Shown here: piece by piece, positions 56,469 through 64,000 of the stretch
How positions within the stretch are numbered: the stretch's first letter is position 1
Layout of the letters: every line of letters starts with the position of its first letter
NCBI GenBank assembly: GCA_964304625.1
Contig: OZ199839.1
Coordinates: 11,376,847 to 11,440,846, forward strand
Source: Kudoa neothunni
Lineage: Eukaryota > Animalia > Cnidaria
Direction of reading: 5' to 3'
DNA: 64,000 nt
The notes under the pieces: generated by a model
Told to the model about the DNA's origin: nothing
Databases searched by the model: none
What the model saw: only the letters and a program-made list of their open reading frames with translations
Made by a program: the position numbers and the translations under genes

Positions 56469-56909
56469 TTTAGATTCGTTTTCTTAAATTAAATCACTTA
56501 AAAAAATGTTTGTTTCAAAGGGAAAGTATACAGTTGTTCGAAGTTATATTTCTGTAAACAACAAGGTTGGCAATGTTATATGCGCAATTATTCGTATGCG
56601 CATGCTATCTCACTGCGCTGTTTTGTTGTGTATCAATCGACTCTCGAATCTATAACACGCCTAACATAATTCATCGAAAATTCCTAATCGACAAGTGCGA
56701 ACATTATTAGTTCAATTGACCGCATAATCTTGATTAGGTTATGTGTGAGAATGTTTTGTTACAATAAACGCTTGTTATTATATGTAATGTGTGAGCTTGT
56801 AAGCTGGAGTGAATATCTGAATTTCATCATTAATTTAAACGTAATCTGATTAATCCATGTGACGTAGATTAGCGCCTAGAATGGAACAGGGCTTTGGGGT
56901 TTTTATCAT

Positions 56910-58797
56910 GAAAGTGGCTATTCTCATAGATCCATTTAATCCCCTCTCTGGACTGGATTGGCTGTTTACATGGATGGGAATATCTCCCAGAATACGCGAG
57001 ATATTAGAAATTTGATTTCACAATTATAATAAATAGGCTATGTTTGTCCTAGAAAATTGTAGAATAATATTTTTACAATTTTAAATGGATACTTTGTCCA
57101 TTGAAACCACACTTTAACCATCTCTCATCTACCAAAATCGTACTTTTCTTGATTTAATAATAACATTACTAAATGCTTATATAAAATATGTTAATGTTAA
57201 TGAATTAGGTTCTATTGTCCAAAAATTTGAGTATTGTGAGGTTAGATTTACCGCATCCCTCACATGGTCTCACAATTTTAATAATTGCCATACATTGAAC
57301 GTTAATTCTCGTTTGATCTAAATTGTATCATAAAATTCGTAGATTTCATTATTCTGAGAAATAATTTTATAAGCTGAATCATTCGGGTACGTTGATTCTA
57401 CGCGGCGTATTTAAAATGTGAATCTCCGCGAATACCCTTTTTGAGAACTATACAATTTAACTCACATTCCACTTAAATTAAATGTGCTAGATGTATCTAT
57501 GTTTATTTATAGCGTATCTGTATTCATAACCACTATACAAGATACGTTTTGCTCGACTCTAACAAGTGCATGTTTCGTGTGATGAATCTGAAGATTTGAT
57601 TAAATGGTTATCAAATGAATTAGTTGATGTTTCTCGTTGGCTGAAGAAAAAAATATGAACAATAATAACGGATAAATCCCAATGCTTTAGAAAGCGTCTT
57701 AAGATGACGTTTGAATCTGGTCCCTTTTGATATGTAGGTTTCACCCCTGTCGAACATTCTAATGGGAAGATAAAATAGGTAATTATGGAATAAATTCAGA
57801 GAAAAATTTTTAGTATGAAAGTTTTCGATAAAATAGTTTGTAATATTAGCAATGATCAATTTTATCTTTACTAATGTGATGAATTATTTTAAGAACTGCA
57901 AAACTGATAGATTGGAATCGACAAATGGAAAGATCGAAAGCGTTGTTAAATAATTTTTCAACTCTGCAAGAACTCTTCATACCGTTCTTCTGTTACATGA
58001 AATCCACCAGAATTAAAAGAAAACGTATAATGATCACCAAATACCTAAAATTGTATGATAATATAAGTAACAACTAAACTTTCCAGCAATATTCAATATT
58101 ATACTCGCCCCACACTTTACTGATCCAATATTATTATGTTATTATGGAGGAACTAATCGAAATAAAAATTATAAGGAGGAGGAAAATGAGCAGTGTCTGC
58201 TATTGGGCCCCCGAAAAAATTATCAAGAAGAAATGAATTAAATTTTGTTAAAATAAAATTTTGATTTATTATTGATCCAAAAATTTTTACGCCCAATGAA
58301 TTTAAAAAAACAGTATTTTAACAAATCGATAAAATTGTTTTGGGCAAAATAGCGTTAGTGTGGAAATCGCTAGGATGCCGACATACGAAGGGTAAAAACA
58401 TAGTTTCGTCAAAAAATAAGAGGTCTTTTATCAGCCTCAGTTTTTTCTACTATTTATAGCCACTAGAATTATGTGTGAAAATCAGTTGATACACACGCCT
58501 CATTAGAGTTTGTAACGTACGAGTTGGTGGATAATTTGAATTAATTGCCCTAGGATAACATAAATTAGTATTTAATACTGTTGCTAAATTAGGAAAAGTA
58601 CAATTTTGATACATGAATGATGATTAAAATATGGTTTTAATGGACAGATTTTTCAATTTAAAATAAAAAAAATTTTAAAAATTAATAAAATTATAAATTT
58701 TTTTAGGATAAATATAGCTTATTGTATTTGTGAAATCGGATTTCTAATATCTCACGTATTCTCGGAGATATTCCCATTTATGCGAATAGCCACGTCC
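56910..58797. mobile_element. Long-TIR (MULE/foldback-like) element with decayed interior
   Basis: 56910-57075 is mirrored at ~58685-58797 (e.g. ATGGGAATATCTCCCAGAATACGCGAGATATTAGAAA vs TTTCTAATATCTCACGTATTCTCGGAGATATTCCCAT). The ends carry the GTGGCTATT motif like the other MULE TIRs. Confidence 0.7.
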
Positions 58798-60146
58798 ATA
58801 TCGAATTTTGTGTACATACTACCCTGGCTAGTACAAAAAATTGAGATGTGCGGAATCGCACCGTATGTGCCAGTTACGCGTATCTAGTATCTACATGTGT
58901 TTTATATAGGAGGGACGGAGGCAGCCATGACTTCTACCTACCCTGACCTAAATATTTTATTTTTTTATTTATTTTTAGATCTGTTATAATATGTGTATTA
59001 TACACTCACAACTGAACATTTCTTATTCATCTATACTTTGAAGTTGGCAAATCAGGCCTTAATTTGCCAGTGCTTTACATACCTAGACCCATAAAAATTA
59101 CTCTATGTCGGGACTATTAATGATTCTGATTTATATATTTAAATTAATACTGCGATAAATGCAAATCATTTTTCTATTTAAATGTTTCGTTAATACACAC
59201 ATTATTTATTTTATAATTGGTGTTATCATATGAGTTCTCTTGCTACACCCTGTAATGCAGGCAGGTACAAAAATTTTCCCACCCAACATATTCCAGGGTA
59301 TGTAGTGTATACCTGGACGGCACGTGTTTGGGACCCGCAGCAATAGCCAGTGCCTTCATAAAATGATAAAATAATAACACATCATTTTTGTGCACAATAA
59401 CCTTTTTTGCCTGTATATATGTATGTTTGGACACTATCTTTCTTAAATATCTTAAATATCTTAAATGAATATAATGGAATATTATTCATTTTAAAACTAT
59501 ACGTTATTATTAAATATAAAAATTTCATTCCAATTATTATCAAAATTAATTTTCTGAATTTTAACAATTGCATTGAATAGAATTTAAAATGTTGGATCAT
59601 ATTAACGGCTAAATTAATTCATAAAAAAATTAATTTAATAAGCTAGATACCATTCAGATTAGAGCAGGTAGCACAATAATTAGCTGTGGAAACATTTCCT
59701 GTTTTCGGTAATCGTAAAATCACACACATTTATAATATCAAGTGGTAAGGTTATTTATTACCTTGCAACATATCAGTAAACTCAATCATTTCCAAATTAT
59801 TATATAGTAGAAAAATTGATTTATGTTATGATTCAAAATCTCTCACATCCTAATATATAGAATGAGCAATAAAAAATTTAATAGTAAGTAGATGCTTAGA
59901 AATAGGAAAATATGAAAGATTCTAAAAATTATGTACAGTCTTTTTAAGAAATACGAAAATAGATTTGAAAAGAAATCTCACAAAACCTTCTTAATATCAA
60001 TATAAAAATAAGATATTCAATTATAAAACACACATTGAACAGCTTGAAGATAACTTTAAGCAATAACCTATACACACAGTCAAATATTCATATATTCATA
60101 TATCCAAACAGGCACACATACATACATTCATTCAATCATTCAAGAA

Positions 60147-60636
60147 TCAGTCGTTTGAGAGATACTCAATGTATTCCGAATAGGAAACATAGCCATCCTC
60201 GTTTTTATCTACCACCTTCATAAAGTTATCAATCACATCAACAAGATCTTCTTCATTGGAGATATTGTATTTGGGTAGATCTTCAGTTTTGATATGACGG
60301 TCGAGCATGAATTTAACTTCGGCTCCATCTAGCACACCATTGCTGTCTCGGTCAGCAATTTTAAAATGTAGATAAAGGTTTTTGTGTTTCTTAATTTCAT
60401 CGGGTATTTTTTTGCCGATTTCTCTGTCAACTTCAGCTTGAATATCCCTAAGTTTATTCATGGATTTTATGATGATTTAATAATGCTCGAAACTAATCAA
60501 CATCACTCCAAGATTACTTGATATTCTGTATGTAACTGGGATCTTTGAATATATCTTGTCGTCCAAGTGAACCATTGAGCGGATACAAATTCGCAAAAAT
60601 AAATAAACACATTACAATCATGTTGGACACACTCAT
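60147..60636 (-). CDS. MCFD2: MCFD2-like secreted two-EF-hand protein (2 exons)
   Basis: Signal peptide MSVSNMIVMCLFIFANLYPLNG; EF hands HFKIADRDSNGVLDGAE and VIDNFMKVVDKNEDGYVSYSEY. Confidence 0.8.
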
Positions 60637-60857
60637 TTCAACCTCTAGCCTACAGCCACTCAACTAAATTCACTCCACGATTTGCTTCGTCAATCAAATG
60701 AAGAGGTGTGATATATTTTACAATAATAAACAATAATTATTCGTTATGCGCATTCCTAAGCAATCGCTCATATCAGCAGCGAAGTAAAAGCAAACACATT
60801 CACATTTCGATAGTAATACAACTGACAATATCAAATTAGAGTATACTAAAATAGCGA

Positions 60858-62928
60858 TTATTGATCTTTGGTTTTGGAGTTAGTTCCAATGGAAGCAGTC
60901 GCATTTTGGAAAATCAAATCCATCACGCTATTCCAAACAGTGTCGCCAATAGCATTCATAATTTGAAGTAGTTCACGTCCTCTGCCAGTGAATCTCAAAT
61001 AGAACCACACAAACACCAATATCAAACAAATTCTTCCCAGGAAAACAAAAGGATAGTTTAGCGATTGTAGTCCAATCAATTCCAGTGTTTCAGACAACAC
61101 CAACAGCCCAATAAACACTACAAATATCACCACAATGAAGCGGAATGTTTTTAGTATATTTTTGGCTTCATTGGCCTCCTGGAATTCTTTGAAACGATCC
61201 TCAAGTGTGTTTTCAAGTTTCTCCAAATACAAATCGTGAAATTCACGACAACCCATTTTTTTGATTCCTTCAAAAAGATCAATTGCGCCTGAACGGATTT
61301 GAAGATGTTTCAATTTGAGAGTGTCTGGTGAGACGTATGGATTGTCTCCGCCGGTGAATTGGTTCATTTCCCGAATGTAATATTCTTGAGCATCTTTGTA
61401 TGCAACCAAATGGCCAGCTTCCGCTGTAGCTTCGAGGATATTTTTTGGTTCCGGCAAGATATCACTTTGAAATATTTTAATGTAGGTCTATTGATATCAG
61501 TTTATATTTTATTAAATAAACAAACACAAATAACTCTCACCTTAAAATAGTAGAACAGTTCTCTACAAGTGAAACTTTTTCCTTCCACTTGTTTCGGTTG
61601 AATACTTTTAGGATCGACCAGGGTTTGTACTAAATCAGCCGTAAACTTTAAAAATTTAGGTGATATATCTAGAATTTCATTGGTAACACAACTGTCGAAT
61701 GAATCCACCAAAAATACCATCAATGTGACCCTTGAATCGTATCTTTGAAGCCACAGCTTCACCCGGAAATGGTAACAACACACATTGAATATCCTCGAAA
61801 CATTCTTTGATGTGTTCGCGAACAGACTGCAATTCTTTAGGTTGGTTATCTGTCACTGTCAATATGGAATCTAGAAACTCTTTGTTTGGCCCATAATGAA
61901 ACTCATAACTAAACGACCAGTCTCTTACAAGGAAAATCAATTGCTAAGGTGACAGTATTAATTTGTTGAACAGAAGACAAACAACAACGATAAACTACCT
62001 GAAAAGGTTTGGAGTCAGATTGTTCTAAAACGAGACGGCCATATTCGGTAAAAAACTATCAACAATTTAGACCAAATAGAATCAACAACCGGAAACCTGC
62101 AAATGATTTAGATCATCTTCCTGGATATTGTGTGTAATATTGAATAGCTAAATTCAACACATATCAACGAGTGAAAACATATACATAACATTGATTACTT
62201 GAACCGAACTAAGCATAGTACTCAAGGCGAAAATTGTAGCACAATTTTTCACAGTTGATGACCAATCGAAAGTTCCTTGAGTGTCCATCAACAATACCAC
62301 AATCTAGAATAGAAAAATTACATTTTTTACATTAAAACAATTAACACTACCTCTCCATGTGTAGGTGTATTGATGAGAAAGGGTTTTTTATACAGCACAA
62401 TACCATTCGTTTCACGTTTGGAACCGCCTCTCCATTTGAATCCTTTGATCACTCGTTCTAACGATTCATCTGCTTTGGCCAACCAATCCGGTAGAGAATC
62501 TTTGTATTGACGAGTTTCATCTTCAGATTTGGTCGACCAGTTATCTATATCATCACCGTTGTTGGCACCTCCTAATTCGTATTTGGCATTGTTTCGCATA
62601 GGGAACACATTTTGAGGTTGTTGGTTGGTTTCCACGTGAGAAAATCCATATTTCTACGGCAAACAATAAAATATACATTACACATGATATTATATATTTA
62701 GTGTTTGTTCGAAACAATATATACTTCCACGTAGAGCAAATAGCGCACCAAAAAATTTAGAAAAAATGATTTTCCCCGTCGGAATGCACCTGCTACAGAT
62801 ATTATAGACACTTTTTTGTCTGCAATAGCTGGATCCAATAAAAACCGCTCCAAATCTTCAACATCCAACGAAAAATATTCGTTTGTCTCGTCATAACTAA
62901 CCACTTGAATGGTGTCATCCATGCTCAT
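60858..62928 (-). CDS. ATL: Atlastin (ER-fusion GB1/RHD3 GTPase), multi-exon
   Basis: [13 protein letters not shown]-loop, [31 protein letters not shown], three-helix region [14 protein letters not shown], and two C-terminal TM helices. Confidence 0.95.
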
Positions 62929-63480
62929 TTCTTCAAAATAAACAGGCTGTTACTTAATTTTTGATAAATCGCACTCAACCCACTACAACAATTAAACCTA
63001 TATATTCCTATGTAAAACGTTATCCCCTGAACGATGTGTATCGGTTTTATTTGTCAACGCCTGCGCACGAATCGCAAATTCATTGAATCCGTTTTTGATG
63101 AATCAGCTAATCTAAACATGTTGCTTTAGATGAGGATCCTTTTTTGGAATCATAACAACTCACTTAGTTATTAATAAATGAACCGAATTATAACATAATC
63201 ATTTTTGATCAAAATAAACTTTATTTTTGGGTAACAAAATTGGATTCACTAAAATTCTACCGACAAACTTAAAGCATTTGTTTGTTATTAATAAATGTCA
63301 AAATGCCGATTTTCTTTTTGAGAATATTACATTCCTTGTATTTGTTCTATATTGTAAAATGAAAAAATTAATAACATTAAAATTTGTCTATCTTACGGAA
63401 ATATTGTTTATTACAAAATTTCACTTATTTTATTATATGATAATATTAATGATATTAGAATAATTTTTGATGATTATAAT

Positions 63481-63516
63481 TCTCATAGCAAAGGGTAACG
63501 TGCCTTTGCTATGAGA
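63481..63516. repeat. Perfect 14-bp inverted repeat (hairpin)
   Basis: TCTCATAGCAAAGG-GTAACGTG-CCTTTGCTATGAGA. Confidence 0.85.
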
Positions 63517-64000
63517 TTGTGTGGAAGATTAAATATTTATAAAATTCCGTCTTAAAATTATTAGAAAATATGAGATTCGGGGGATAATCCCTGCCAAATA
63601 ATGTTATTTTATTATAATATTATTTTATAGAAATGTGATAGGAAATGATTCAGTTGTGATTTTTTGAATTTTCAATTTCTTATGCTCTATTGGGATATTT
63701 TTTTTTTGAGTTGATTCATTGAATAAAAATTTCCTATTAAATATTATTTTGAATTTTATGATCTGATATTTTTTTTTATGTATTATAAAAATAACGTGAA
63801 ATGAAAAATTTTATATTATTGCTGCGCGTGCGCATAGTTGCACAAGATATGCGTAATTAACCCTTTGAAGCATGCGTATAGTCCTTAGCCCCCTTATTTT
63901 AATCATGCTACACTAATAGACCGGTTTTATGTAACCCCCTTGGGGATGGGAATGGTTTGTATTACTGGTTCGGACCGGATAGCATGTACTTTTTGCGAGC

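Noticed and set aside
58380-58480. Third Sm-site-plus-hairpin candidate
   Set aside because: Lies inside the long-TIR element and U-tracts are frequent in this AT-rich DNA.

Overview
AT-rich eukaryotic (metazoan) genomic DNA with two compartments. About 1-52.7 kb is a transposon-dense zone containing hAT, piggyBac, MULE, Tc1/IS630-like, Merlin, Helitron, tRNA-SINE and Ty3/Gypsy elements, many of them nested or abutting. Four intron-rich host genes that the ORF track largely misses are interleaved with these elements: an 8-exon orphan secreted-type protein and three divergent paralogs of a claudin/PMP22-like four-TM protein. About 52.8-63 kb is a compact housekeeping block with short introns (KAT6/MOZ-like MYST acetyltransferase, MCFD2-like EF-hand protein, atlastin; all minus strand). 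The most striking object is an intact 3,919-bp Gypsy retrotransposon (36960-40878) with identical 98-bp LTRs and a 5-bp TSD. Its single gag-pol ORF starts inside the 5' LTR, reads through the primer-binding site and stops inside the 3' LTR, so about 96% of the element is coding. An older relative (19305-24577, 94-bp LTRs, same PBS) shares most of this design, which suggests a family of micro-LTR elements. All calls were made by eye and no database searches were run.
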